The position numbers were made by a program, and so were the translations under genes. Positions 39,804 to 49,466 of a stretch of 64,000 nt of DNA are shown here, piece after piece; position 1 is the stretch's first letter; every line of letters begins with the position of its first letter. Below the pieces are notes generated by a model. The model searched no databases, was not told where the DNA came from, and saw only the letters and a list, made by a program, of their open reading frames with translations. The stretch is taken from NCBI GenBank assembly GCA_964415895.1, contig CAYQCC010000001.1, positions 119,073 through 183,072 on the forward strand, read 5' to 3'. Origin of the DNA: an uncultured Candidatus Saccharibacteria bacterium (GTDB lineage Bacteria; Patescibacteriota; Minisyncoccia; Phycocordibacterales; UBA1006).

Positions 39804-39820
39804 ACTTGTGTTTTTATTTT

Positions 39821-41014
39821 CTATTTAAATGGATTCAATTTCCACACTTTTGAAAGCGGTAGAATCGATACAAAATATTTCAAGTCGATAATCTTTCGCA
39901 AGATTGATGAGACCTTTCCTGAAATAACAATGTCTCCAACCTGTGTAATTGACCAACCATGTCCGACACCAATATTGTATGCAACCTGTTTTGGAATATA
40001 AGCTCCGATACTACCATTTTCAAGTCGTGATTCAATAACAGATGCAACATATGAACCGTCATGGATTGCAGTTTGAGCAAGTCCAGCAAATTTTGTATCT
40101 GCAATATCTCCAAGCACAAAACATCCTGGATATTTCTCGACTTCTAAATGGTCGTTTAATGTAATTCGATTTTTCTTTTGCAAAACAATATCAGGAATTT
40201 TTGTAACAAGTTCGTTACCTGTTGCACCGGCTGTCCAAATTAATGTTTTTGCACCTAACGTCATGTCAGCAAGACTGATGGTCCATGAACCCTGTTTCAT
40301 CAACTGACGGTTACATAACACATTTACACCAAGAGATCGTAGTCGCTTTGAAGCCTTTTCTTGGACTGATTTTGGCATCATAGGAAGAACACCTGATGCG
40401 CCTTCGATCAAATCAATGGTTACTAATGACTCTACAAGCTTGTGTTTCTTGCACAAATATTTTGTATAATCAGCAAGTTCTCCGGCGAGATCGACTCCGT
40501 TTGGTCCAGCACCAACAACTACAAAATGAAGTCCAACCACACATTCTGGTGTAGGTTTTTCTGTAGAACAATGCTTTTCAAATAGTGCTTCAACATGAGT
40601 TCGAAGAGCTGTTGCATCATCAACATTTTGAAATGGAAACGCCATTGTATCCAATCCTTCAATATTAAAGAATGCAGACTGTGAACCAAGAGCAAGCACT
40701 ATATAATCACTGACTAATGTTGTTCCAGATTCAAGTGTTAGTGTCTTTGTCGCCAAATCGCACGCCGTAACTTTATCAATAACCAATGTCACGCGCTTAT
40801 CTTTAAAAATATCAGAAAGCGGAGTTTGAACATATGATAAGGGTCCTTTAATTGATAAGTAACTGTGCAGTGCTGGATAATATTGGAAATCACTGCGATC
40901 GGAAACTAAGGTAATTTCAAGTTCAGAAGTGATCGTATTTTTTGCAAGATCAAGCGCAGCTTGAATTCCGGCAAAACCGCCACCTATAATGCTGACTTTT
41001 TTTGGTTGTGTCAT
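39821..41014 (-). CDS. ndh: Type II NADH dehydrogenase-like flavoprotein
   Basis: GGGFAG, GAGPNGVDLAGE, WTAG, GD, AQTA. Confidence 0.85.
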   Translation of the reverse strand: MTQPKKVSIIGGGFAGIQAALDLAKNTITSELEITLVSDRSDFQYYPALHSYLSIKGPLSYVQTPLSDIFKDKRVTLVIDKVTACDLATKTLTLESGTTLVSDYIVLALGSQSAFFNIEGLDTMAFPFQNVDDATALRTHVEALFEKHCSTEKPTPECVVGLHFVVVGAGPNGVDLAGELADYTKYLCKKHKLVESLVTIDLIEGASGVLPMMPKSVQEKASKRLRSLGVNVLCNRQLMKQGSWTISLADMTLGAKTLIWTAGATGNELVTKIPDIVLQKKNRITLNDHLEVEKYPGCFVLGDIADTKFAGLAQTAIHDGSYVASVIESRLENGSIGAYIPKQVAYNIGVGHGWSITQVGDIVISGKVSSILRKIIDLKYFVSILPLSKVWKLNPFK

Positions 41015-41109
41015 ATGCAGGAAATTATATCATAAAATATTATTTCCAAAGAGTGTTGCCTGTGCTATAATTTTCACGACTTCGAATCAGCCGCCTTACT
41101 GCATATGCA

Positions 41110-41134
41110 GTAAGATTTGTGTGTTTGATTCGTC
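41110..41134 (+). promoter_or_regulatory. Candidate ECF-sigma autoregulatory promoter
   Basis: GTAAG-N16-CGTC ending 7 nt before the sigma ATG. Confidence 0.5.
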
Positions 41135-41141
41135 TCTACTT

Positions 41142-41693
41142 ATGAACCGTTCCATGAACTACGAAAAAACCTTTATTGAGCTTTATAATCAATACTCTGA
41201 CGACTTGTTCCGTTTTTGCTTTGCGCGATTACGAGACCGCGACAAGGCACTTGACGCTACACAGGAAATATTTTATAAAATATGGAATGAGTCAGTGAAA
41301 AACCCTGGGAAACTAGAGGAAATTCAATATTTCAGAGCATTTATGTTTCGAATTGCTCGAAATACAGTTATTGATATGACGCGTAAAAAAACATCTACAC
41401 CACTTTCCTTTTTGGCACATCAATTTGATGGCGACAATCATTCGAATTTGGAACCTGTAGATATTGCGCATACTGGGCTCAATCCAGAACAACATCATGT
41501 TGTTTCAGAGGTTATCGAGAACTTGGAATTGCTCGATCCACATCATCGCGAGATACTTACATTTCGATTTTTGAACGATATGAGCATCAATGATATTGCA
41601 GAGATTTTAAATATTTCAGAGAATGCGACATCTGTTCGCATTCACCGAGCATTGGAACATGCTCGCACGAAACTCGCCTACTTGTATGAATAA
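41142..41693 (+). CDS. ECF RNA polymerase sigma factor
   Basis: Region 2 (ALDATQEIF, RIARNTVID) and region 4 (IAEILNISE..SVRIHRAL). Confidence 0.92.
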   Translation: MNRSMNYEKTFIELYNQYSDDLFRFCFARLRDRDKALDATQEIFYKIWNESVKNPGKLEEIQYFRAFMFRIARNTVIDMTRKKTSTPLSFLAHQFDGDNHSNLEPVDIAHTGLNPEQHHVVSEVIENLELLDPHHREILTFRFLNDMSINDIAEILNISENATSVRIHRALEHARTKLAYLYE

Positions 41694-42939
41694 TTTTAAC
41701 CTTAAACAACTTTTTGCACCGCTTGAAAACATTCGGATGACTCCGGCTGAAAAGGCCTCAGGTCGTTTGAAAGTTTCTGCGCACATGCATCGCAATCCAA
41801 TGGGATCGCGACCTTCTTTTGCATACTTCCGTCCTATTATGGCGGCAGCTCTTGCGATTGTACTTGTGATTGGAAGTGGTGGAATGGTAGCATTTGCTTC
41901 CCAGTCATCACTACCAGGACAAAAATTGTATAAGGTAAAACTTGCAACAGAACAAGCAAAGAAAATAACATTGCGAACATCAGCAGCAAAGGCAACTTAT
42001 GAACTTGCTCTGATTGATAAACGGTTCAACGAAACAAACAAACTGATTAGCGAGCAAAAACTTACTGCTTCAAACGAAGCCGTGGTCATTGCAGCTATCA
42101 AAACTCATACGGAGGACTTTAAAACTGAAACTGGTGATTTATCAACAAGTGACCCGATACTTGCCCTGTCGTATAACACGAAACTAAGTAACACGTTAAA
42201 AACAGGTACGCATATCTTACTCGCACTTTCTGATCGTCAATCACTATCAGCTGACCGCTCTGCGGATTCTGTATCACCAAACACGTTGGTACTTGCCGCT
42301 TATGCAAGCGCTGAAAAGATTTCAGCAGAAAAAGTACAATTAGAATCTATCGTCGTATCAGACACCAACATTGCAACTATTAAAACTGCCGAGACACGAT
42401 ACACAGATACTATTGCACTATTAACCGATAACAACATTACACCAGCCTCTGAAGTAATTGAGACACCTGTCGCACAACCTACAGCAGCAATTGTCGCAGT
42501 AGACACTAAAGCAACAGGTATTGAAGCAGTATCAGCGAAAGCAAGGATTGCTACAACAGTTGCTAAAAAGTCAGATGTTTCAACTAAAACAGAAGAAGTA
42601 GTATCAGTTGAAAAACCAATCTTGAAAACACAAAGCAATTCAAACGATATACAATCACTCGCAAATGATTTGAAGGCAGCATACGATTCAAAAAAATATG
42701 GCCAAGTCATCATTATCGCTGATCAAATCGAACAGCAATTGCATGAAAATCAAAAAATAAAGGAAGTGGAAAAAACTTATAATATCACTATTGATACGGA
42801 TACCTCGATTAAAAAAGACACCTCATCATCTAAAACAGAAGTTAAATCAGGAACGATCATCAATACAGATACATTAAAACCAATTCCAGAACTGCCAACA
42901 CAAACAACTACCTCAGTTGAAATAAAGAAAAGTAACTAA
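41686..42939 (+). CDS. Putative anti-sigma factor (TM plus DUF5667-like domain)
   Basis: Overlaps the sigma stop; TM followed by SLPGQKLYKVKLATE. Confidence 0.75.
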   Translation: MNNFNLKQLFAPLENIRMTPAEKASGRLKVSAHMHRNPMGSRPSFAYFRPIMAAALAIVLVIGSGGMVAFASQSSLPGQKLYKVKLATEQAKKITLRTSAAKATYELALIDKRFNETNKLISEQKLTASNEAVVIAAIKTHTEDFKTETGDLSTSDPILALSYNTKLSNTLKTGTHILLALSDRQSLSADRSADSVSPNTLVLAAYASAEKISAEKVQLESIVVSDTNIATIKTAETRYTDTIALLTDNNITPASEVIETPVAQPTAAIVAVDTKATGIEAVSAKARIATTVAKKSDVSTKTEEVVSVEKPILKTQSNSNDIQSLANDLKAAYDSKKYGQVIIIADQIEQQLHENQKIKEVEKTYNITIDTDTSIKKDTSSSKTEVKSGTIINTDTLKPIPELPTQTTTSVEIKKSN

Positions 42940-42992
42940 TGACTGCCGAAAGGCGGTTTTTAGTTTTTAAGAAAATATGTATACTAATATTC

Positions 42993-44459
42993 ATGAATCA
43001 CAGCATCGAAGAACTATTGGCATGTATGCAAGATGTGAGCACAGAAGACAAAGTATTGATTACCAAAGCTTTCGAATTCTCTAAACGTGCACACATTACT
43101 CAGCAAAGAAACAGTGGTGAGCCCTATTTCAACCACGTTTTTCATGTTGCCTGTATTCTTGCAAAGATGGACGCTGATGCGACAACTATTTGTGCAGGAT
43201 TAATGCACGATGTACTGGAAGATACCGACATTACAGAAGAAGAAATGACAGCGGAGTTTGGTGAGGAAATTGTATTTCTTGTTCAAGGCGTAACAAAACT
43301 TGGTCACTTAAAATATAAAGGCGTTGAACGTCATGCAGAATCATTGCGTAAGTTTTTCATCGCAAGTGCGCACGACATTCGCGTTGTCGTTATTAAACTT
43401 GCCGATAGATTACACAACATCCGCACGTTACAACATTTGCCTCACGAAAAACAACATCGTATTGCCGTTGAAACACTCGAGATCTACGCACGACTTGCAG
43501 ATCGACTAGGAATGGGTGGAATTAAATCTCAATTAGAAGACGGCGCATTTCCCTACGCATATCCAGAAGAATATCATCGCGTGTCAGAAATCTTGAAAGA
43601 TTTCACATCATATACCGAACCTCATCTTGCAAAAATTGCAGAAACATTACGAGAGGAATTAACAATTCTGGAAGCAAAAATTAATCGATTGGATTATCGC
43701 GTAAAGCACTTATACAGTTTATGGCAAAAACTAAAACGCGAAGATTACGACATTACAAAAGTCTACGATATTTTGGCGTTGCGTATCATTGTTCCTAACA
43801 TTGGAGATTGCTACCAAGCACTTGGAATTATTCACGGTTTCTACAAACCTGTTCCAGGGCGATTTAAGGACTATATTGCCCTACCAAAGCCTAACGGTTA
43901 CAGATCGCTCCACACGGCCATTTTTGACGGTACAGGCGAGATTATAGAGATACAGATACGAACAGAAGCAATGCACGAGGAAGCCGAATATGGAATTGCA
44001 TCACACCTACATTACAAAGAACTTGGAAAAGGTTTAGACAAGAAAGTAACACTTGCCAAAACAGATTGGACTCGCGAATTATTGGAAGCACAAAAGAACT
44101 TGGAAAATCCAGAGGATTTCATGAATCATTTGCAATTGGATTTCTTTGAAGAACGCGTATTCGTTTACACTCCAAAAGGTGACGTCATCGAATTACCAGA
44201 AGGCGCAACATGTATCGACTTTGCCTATGCTATCCATTCTGATATTGGAAACCAAGTAACTGGCGCAAAGATAAACGGAAAGATGGTTTCCATCGATACA
44301 GAATTATCACGTGGCGATATTGTACAAATTTTGCATAGTGAAAAACAACAACCAAACAGAAAATGGTTGGATATGTGCAAAACAACCTTTGCAAAAGGTC
44401 ACATACGACGCTACTTGAAAGATAACGGAACAGCAATTGACAAATTGCTGACACGATAA
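42993..44459 (+). CDS. relA: RelA/SpoT (p)ppGpp synthetase/hydrolase (HD-SYN-TGS)
   Basis: R.SGEPY..H, MHDVLED, KLADRLHN, KDYI..PK.NGY.SLH, EIQIRT, DFAYAIHS. Confidence 0.95.
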   Translation: MNHSIEELLACMQDVSTEDKVLITKAFEFSKRAHITQQRNSGEPYFNHVFHVACILAKMDADATTICAGLMHDVLEDTDITEEEMTAEFGEEIVFLVQGVTKLGHLKYKGVERHAESLRKFFIASAHDIRVVVIKLADRLHNIRTLQHLPHEKQHRIAVETLEIYARLADRLGMGGIKSQLEDGAFPYAYPEEYHRVSEILKDFTSYTEPHLAKIAETLREELTILEAKINRLDYRVKHLYSLWQKLKREDYDITKVYDILALRIIVPNIGDCYQALGIIHGFYKPVPGRFKDYIALPKPNGYRSLHTAIFDGTGEIIEIQIRTEAMHEEAEYGIASHLHYKELGKGLDKKVTLAKTDWTRELLEAQKNLENPEDFMNHLQLDFFEERVFVYTPKGDVIELPEGATCIDFAYAIHSDIGNQVTGAKINGKMVSIDTELSRGDIVQILHSEKQQPNRKWLDMCKTTFAKGHIRRYLKDNGTAIDKLLTR

Positions 44460-44495
44460 AAGCCGACGATTAAATCGTCGGCTTTTATGAGGTTT

Positions 44496-44690
44496 TTATG
44501 TGTTTTTTAATCTGTCTTCTAAGGCAAAGATTTTTATACCTAACACTCGAAACTTATCAACTTCTCCTGTTCTTAGAGCTTTTTTCTGATTGTTTTTTGT
44601 GTCCGTAAGCTTCTCTGCGACTTTAATTTTTGTTCTCGCCTCCTCGGGACTCGTGTCCGAAGAATTAATAAGAGTCGTTATATTTACCAT
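44496..44690 (-). CDS. Hypothetical small protein
   Basis: 64 aa; TTGACA-17-TAGGGT promoter. Confidence 0.5.
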   Translation of the reverse strand: MVNITTLINSSDTSPEEARTKIKVAEKLTDTKNNQKKALRTGEVDKFRVLGIKIFALEDRLKNT

Positions 44691-44775
44691 AGGTCTTAAT
44701 TTTTTAGTTAGTAATCACCCTACTCTTCAAACACTCTTTTGTCAACAAACTCTTACATGATATAATTAAGCACAT

Positions 44776-45135
44776 ATGATATTGTTACTTTTTATTCTTG
44801 CAATTCCAATCGCCTGTGTTTCCTGGACTGTCACCCACGAGGAAATCTTTCGTGAGCTACACGAGTATTGCGTCAAAAGATACAAGCAAGGAAAGACAGT
44901 TCTTGGTCGCAAGATCTGGTATCCATTTACTTGTGAATACTGTTTCAGTCACTATGTAACTATTCTGATGTTGATCATGACTAAATATTACCTATCCTTT
45001 CCTGATTGGCGTGGATATGTGATTGCAGGATTTTCATTAGTTTGGATTGCAAATTTGTATATGAGCCTCTTCCAAAACTTACGACTTCGAATAAAGCTCG
45101 AAGAATTGGAACGAGACGAAATGAAGGATAAATAA
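44776..45135 (+). CDS. Membrane protein with CxxC (DUF1360-like)
   Basis: Three TMs, EEIF, TCEYCFSHY. Confidence 0.7.
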   Translation: MILLLFILAIPIACVSWTVTHEEIFRELHEYCVKRYKQGKTVLGRKIWYPFTCEYCFSHYVTILMLIMTKYYLSFPDWRGYVIAGFSLVWIANLYMSLFQNLRLRIKLEELERDEMKDK

Positions 45136-45145
45136 AACACCAATG

Positions 45146-45565
45146 TCACGTTTGGTGTTTTTTAGTGGGAGCATTTTCCCATAAACTTTTTTTAGAGTCG
45201 TTTTCGGTTTCGAAAAGCCTATTTGTTTCTTCTTTATAAAAAATATAAGAATCTCTTAAATAAACGGCTCTGTTGATTGTGTAGATACCATACGCACCAT
45301 TGTCATGAATTAATATTACATGACAAAATGTTTCATACATATGGAATTTGAATTGATGAAGATATTTAAAATCCTGTATTGAAAATATAGTCATCTGACC
45401 TTCAAAAACTGGCGCATAAATTTCTTCCACTTCTTTCAAGCATGCTTTGATGTGCTTGTGCGCTTCGCGCGGATCATTAAATTTTTTGTTTTGTTTTTCT
45501 AAGTTAGCAATAAATAATTCGAGCCGTTTGGATTTTTCTTTAATTCTTTCTATTGTTTCTGCCAT
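45146..45565 (-). CDS. Hypothetical protein (ORFan)
   Basis: 139 aa; TTGACT-16-TATTCT promoter. Confidence 0.65.
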   Translation of the reverse strand: MAETIERIKEKSKRLELFIANLEKQNKKFNDPREAHKHIKACLKEVEEIYAPVFEGQMTIFSIQDFKYLHQFKFHMYETFCHVILIHDNGAYGIYTINRAVYLRDSYIFYKEETNRLFETENDSKKSLWENAPTKKHQT

Positions 45566-45679
45566 TGTACTGGGATTTAATTATGGGCAGAATACCATGT
45601 TATAACAGGAAGTCAATGACGAAAAAACACCTTTCAGTGTTTTTTCTAATTACACAGGGAAAATGAGTTCTAGTATGGA

Positions 45680-46051
45680 TTAATAGTCCTCATTCTCGTC
45701 TTGTTCCTCCATGCCATAATCGTAATCTTCTTGCTGTTGCAAGTATTCCTCACATCCTTCAATAAAGGAATCTGAGTTCCCTCCGCAACTATCCACATCA
45801 TTTTCCTCTGCCCATTCGTATCCTGCGGAATGCCCTGAACCATCATCATATGGATTTTCTGGTTCAGGAATATAATCTTCTTCATCATTATTATAATTCG
45901 AATAATTGTTTGATGAATATCCACTGTAATTAGATTGTGGTGTGTAGTGATATGAAGAATCTGGTTTTTCGGTATTGTCTTCACTAAAAAGACTAACGCC
46001 ACCCCAAATAATTCCTCCGATTATTAAGATCCCGGCGAAAAAAACTTGCAT
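45680..46051 (-). CDS. Membrane-anchored acidic exported protein
   Basis: TM, Y/S/N linker, GHSAGYEWA..C..NS.SFIEGC. Confidence 0.7.
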   Translation of the reverse strand: MQVFFAGILIIGGIIWGGVSLFSEDNTEKPDSSYHYTPQSNYSGYSSNNYSNYNNDEEDYIPEPENPYDDGSGHSAGYEWAEENDVDSCGGNSDSFIEGCEEYLQQQEDYDYGMEEQDENEDY

Positions 46052-46054
46052 AGC

Positions 46055-46285
46055 TTAATAGCTCTTATATCCTTTCTTTCCCGTATATGGATTATAATTT
46101 CCTCTTGAAGAATAGTTATCTGACTTTCTTGAATTAGAAGTTGATCGATAGTGTGGTGCTACATATGTACCACGCTTTGTTGTGTAGCCATGAACGCGGG
46201 TTGCAGCGTCAGCGTGGCTCACATTAAAGCCCAGAAATCCAAACAATGATATGCCTAGTACTGCTGCAGTGATTATTTTTTTCAT
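46055..46285 (-). CDS. Small basic secreted protein
   Basis: Signal peptide; VHGYTTKRGTYVAPHYR...GNYNPYTGKKG, a widespread uncharacterised motif. Confidence 0.8.
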   Translation of the reverse strand: MKKIITAAVLGISLFGFLGFNVSHADAATRVHGYTTKRGTYVAPHYRSTSNSRKSDNYSSRGNYNPYTGKKGYKSY

Positions 46286-46491
46286 GTGTTAAATGCTTAT
46301 ACTTTGCTAATAAACCAAATAGTACTCTTTCTATATATAATTGCAATGAATACATATTTTAATTTTCGAAGAAAAATCCGCCTTTTTAGGTGCGGATTCT
46401 GCAGTAGTGGAATTGGGTAAATGAAGTTATAACCGAATTAAGAAACCAGACTTATTGTAACTCTTAATAAAACACGTATACTATACTCATT

Positions 46492-46992
46492 ATGCACTTA
46501 TTAGAAACTTTCAATGAAGAAAATGTACCTTCTGAAGAACTAATCTCATTTAGAGTCCGTATTTCTGTGCGAGCAATTATATTGGACGAGAATGGTAATG
46601 TCGCTATGTTGTATTCGAAAGCTTTGAATTATTACACCTTGCCCGGTGGCGGCGTTGATGAAGGTGAGAATCTTACTGATGCAATAATCCGTGAGTGTAA
46701 AGAAGAAACAGGATATACAGTTGACGTTATTCGAGAAATCGGAACAACACAGGAAATACAAAATGAAAACCAATTGGTAAATAACGCAACTTGTTTCCTT
46801 GTGAAAACTATTGGAGAAAAGGACGAACCGAATTTTATGGAAGATGAAATTGGTGAAGACTTTGTTATTGAATGGATGAAACCTGAGGAGGCTAAAAACT
46901 GCATGATGAAAGAAATTTCTTTGAATAGAAAATTATATCACAAGTATATTTCACAACGCATATTAACATTCCTTGACGAAGCATTTAAATAG
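46492..46992 (+). CDS. NUDIX hydrolase
   Basis: GGGVDEGE....AIIRECKEETG. Confidence 0.92.
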   Translation: MHLLETFNEENVPSEELISFRVRISVRAIILDENGNVAMLYSKALNYYTLPGGGVDEGENLTDAIIRECKEETGYTVDVIREIGTTQEIQNENQLVNNATCFLVKTIGEKDEPNFMEDEIGEDFVIEWMKPEEAKNCMMKEISLNRKLYHKYISQRILTFLDEAFK

Positions 46993-46999
46993 ATATTAT

Positions 47000-47037
47000 A
47001 CAAACAAAAAACACCCAGAAAGGTGTTTTTTGTTTGT
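47000..47037. terminator. Bidirectional terminator; probable original tRNA-Ala terminator
   Basis: 16-bp IR ACAAACAAAAAACACC/GGTGTTTTTTGTTTGT abutting the att core. Confidence 0.8.
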
Positions 47038-47813
47038 GGACCTCCCAGGATTTTCAATGAACTCGATTATGCAGGAATTGAGGGAATACCTTAAATTACA
47101 ACACTATCAAGGAGAATCGAATCTATTGCCTAGAAGTTATTAGATTAATAAATTTATCGTCACTATCGTCATTACACCCCCCCCCGGGGTGGGGGTATAA
47201 GGCATGACAAGCTTTTCTAAAATACGGTCTATAGTGCGAGTTTATTGCGTGCAAAAAAAATATATTAAAGGTCATTTTGACTTTCTTCGAAATTTTCTAT
47301 ATCAGCTTTTAATTCAGCTTCATGCTCCTTGTCTCTTACTTCAATTTCTTTCTCTAAATTTTTAATTTCCTGCTTACAAAACTTTTTAACTCTTTCGCTT
47401 TTTGTTTCTGAAAGCTCTTTTTCCATTTCTAATTTAATTGATCTTAATGCATTACCAAAAAGATTATCACCATAGGCTCCGCCTAAACATCCTGTAGTGC
47501 GCAAGGACCCGCCTATATGGCTCCAAATATCTTTATTATCTGTAGCTGCAATGATTTTAAAACAAATATCTTTATCTGGAGGTTCTACCAAAGGGGGATA
47601 TGGAAGGTGCTTTGGCTTATGCGGAGCATTTTATTAAAGACATAGCTCGTCAGTGGTTTGACTGCCCTATCGAGCTTCAAACACGGTTCCAAAAGGTTGT
47701 CTTTCCTTACGGAATTCCGTATGACCAAAAAAACGGCTTTCGAACCGTTAAGATGGGTTGTATATTCGAGTTAAATCGACAATTTCAACTAAATAAATCA
47801 CTATTGGTGGACC
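47036..47813. mobile_element. Internally deleted integrative element at tRNA-Ala 3' end
   Basis: Direct repeat GTGGACC-N5-GGATT at 47036 and 47807; contains two divergent gene 3' fragments. Confidence 0.72.
47265..47591 (-). pseudogene. 3' remnant of a larger cargo gene
   Basis: Non-ATG start at the junction, 8 nt from the divergent fragment, no room for promoters. Confidence 0.55.
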
Positions 47814-47869
47814 CTAGCGGATTCGAACCGCTGACCTCCTCAGTGCAAGTGAGGCGCTCTACCAACTAA
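47600..47869 (+). pseudogene. C-terminal remnant of a putative large serine recombinase, reading into antisense tRNA
   Basis: W...Q.RFQ..VFP.G..YD..GFRT resembles tRNA-adjacent CPR recombinase tails (from recall); no catalytic domain present. Confidence 0.6.
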
Positions 47870-47880
47870 GCTAAGGGCCC
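47805..47880 (-). tRNA. tRNA-Ala(UGC)
   Basis: GGGCCCT/AGGGTCC acceptor with G3:U70, anticodon TGC, GGTTCGAATCC, CCA. Confidence 0.96.
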
Positions 47881-48163
47881 AGAGCGAACCTTATCAAAAC
47901 CAAGAGCAACTCTTGGTGTATGACACAGCAAGCTGTCATCATCCTTTGGTTCGCTTGATGAGATGTCTGGTCACTGTTATCCAGGCCACGCATTTCATCT
48001 AATCAAAGGACAATCCAGAACAATTATAATGAAAAAGGGACTTTTTGCAACTAATCTAGCCTTGACATTCTTATAGAGTTTGATATTGTTATAGTGGATT
48101 ATAAATGACGGAGTTACTAACGAATACGTATTCTATTATACGCTCGGTAGTAACTCTATTTTT

Positions 48164-49405
48164 TTATTTCAAAAAATGCTTCCCTCGCAGATCCTTATGG
48201 TAATTAATGGCAAATCGGTGTGACTCACTATTGGCAAGCAAGATATCCTTTTTATGCTTTTTAATCACCTCTTCGTCGCCAATAATCGCTTTCGGTCGAT
48301 GGCGTTCGTCTTTTACCACGGCAACTAGTTTTACCTGCTTTCGCACACCAATTTCTTTCAGAACTTTATCTGCATAATTGTAATGCATCTGTCCGCCATC
48401 GATCGCCACCACGTTTGGAAACGGCCATTCTGGGTGTGAAAATCTGCGTCGCAAGACTTCTCCTGTACTTTCAAGATCATGTACTGCACCTTCTGCGATC
48501 GTACGAATTTTAAACTTTCGATACGATGATTTATCTGCTGCACCATTTTCAATACTTACCATGACGCCAACTTTATTTTTTCCAGACATGTGCGCAACGT
48601 CGTAACTTTCAATACGGAAACTTTCGATGGAACGATCGTCGTAAAAATCTCGTTTCATAAGTGATACATCGTTAATATGTTCTAGTGCAAAGATTCTACG
48701 TTTTAATATTTCTGCTTCCTCGAATTCCAAGACCTTTGCATGCTGATTCATGCGCTTTTTCATATCATTAATAATTCCCTTTTTATTTCCTTTCAAAAAC
48801 TGAGTAATATACGTAATCGTTTCCGCGTACGCTGCCCGAGCTTCCTCTGTTGTGTGTTCAGGTGATAATTGTAACTGTCTATAGAATCGATCGTGAGTTG
48901 GATTAATGCTTTTCAAATCTCGGAATGGAAAAATCCTTCGCAAGATATGCAGTCCTGTAATCAATTGAGTAAAACTTGGAAATGGACCAAACGTATTTTT
49001 AATCTTTACGGGAATCTGGTTCATCTGCTTTTGGATAGAAAGATTACGTCCACGAATAGTTCCAACACGCGGAAATTCTTCGTCTGTGATAATCACGTAT
49101 GCAAAACTTTTATTATCTTTCTCTTTTACATTATATTTTGGCTGAAACTTTTTGATCAAGTTAGCTTCCAAAATCAATGCTTCCAAAACCGTGTCAGTTT
49201 CTTCGTAGGTAACCGTTGTAGCAATTGTAACCATGTCTAAAATGCTTGGTCCACGAGTTTGGATCAAGTCATTCGAGAAATAACTACGTACACGATCACG
49301 CAGACTGGTTGCTTTTCCAATATATAAAATATCAGTTCCTTTACGGAAAAAATACACACCAGGATTCGCTGGCAAGTTCAATTTTTTAAGAGTTTGACTT
49401 TTCAC
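48164..49405 (-). CDS. uvrC: Excinuclease ABC subunit C (short)
   Basis: PGVY, YIGKA..LR.RV.SYF, UVR domain, RIESYD RNase H-like domain, IDGG, ESHRFA. Confidence 0.92.
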   Translation of the reverse strand: MKSQTLKKLNLPANPGVYFFRKGTDILYIGKATSLRDRVRSYFSNDLIQTRGPSILDMVTIATTVTYEETDTVLEALILEANLIKKFQPKYNVKEKDNKSFAYVIITDEEFPRVGTIRGRNLSIQKQMNQIPVKIKNTFGPFPSFTQLITGLHILRRIFPFRDLKSINPTHDRFYRQLQLSPEHTTEEARAAYAETITYITQFLKGNKKGIINDMKKRMNQHAKVLEFEEAEILKRRIFALEHINDVSLMKRDFYDDRSIESFRIESYDVAHMSGKNKVGVMVSIENGAADKSSYRKFKIRTIAEGAVHDLESTGEVLRRRFSHPEWPFPNVVAIDGGQMHYNYADKVLKEIGVRKQVKLVAVVKDERHRPKAIIGDEEVIKKHKKDILLANSESHRFAINYHKDLRGKHFLK

Positions 49406-49466
49406 TAAATATATGCTATCATAAAATCGAATAAAATCAAGTTTTAACCTTTATAAACAACAAAAT

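Noticed and set aside
47890-47962. SAM-I riboswitch (CTTATC..GCAAC..GATGAG)
   Set aside because: No P2/kink-turn, and stronger alternative stems exist
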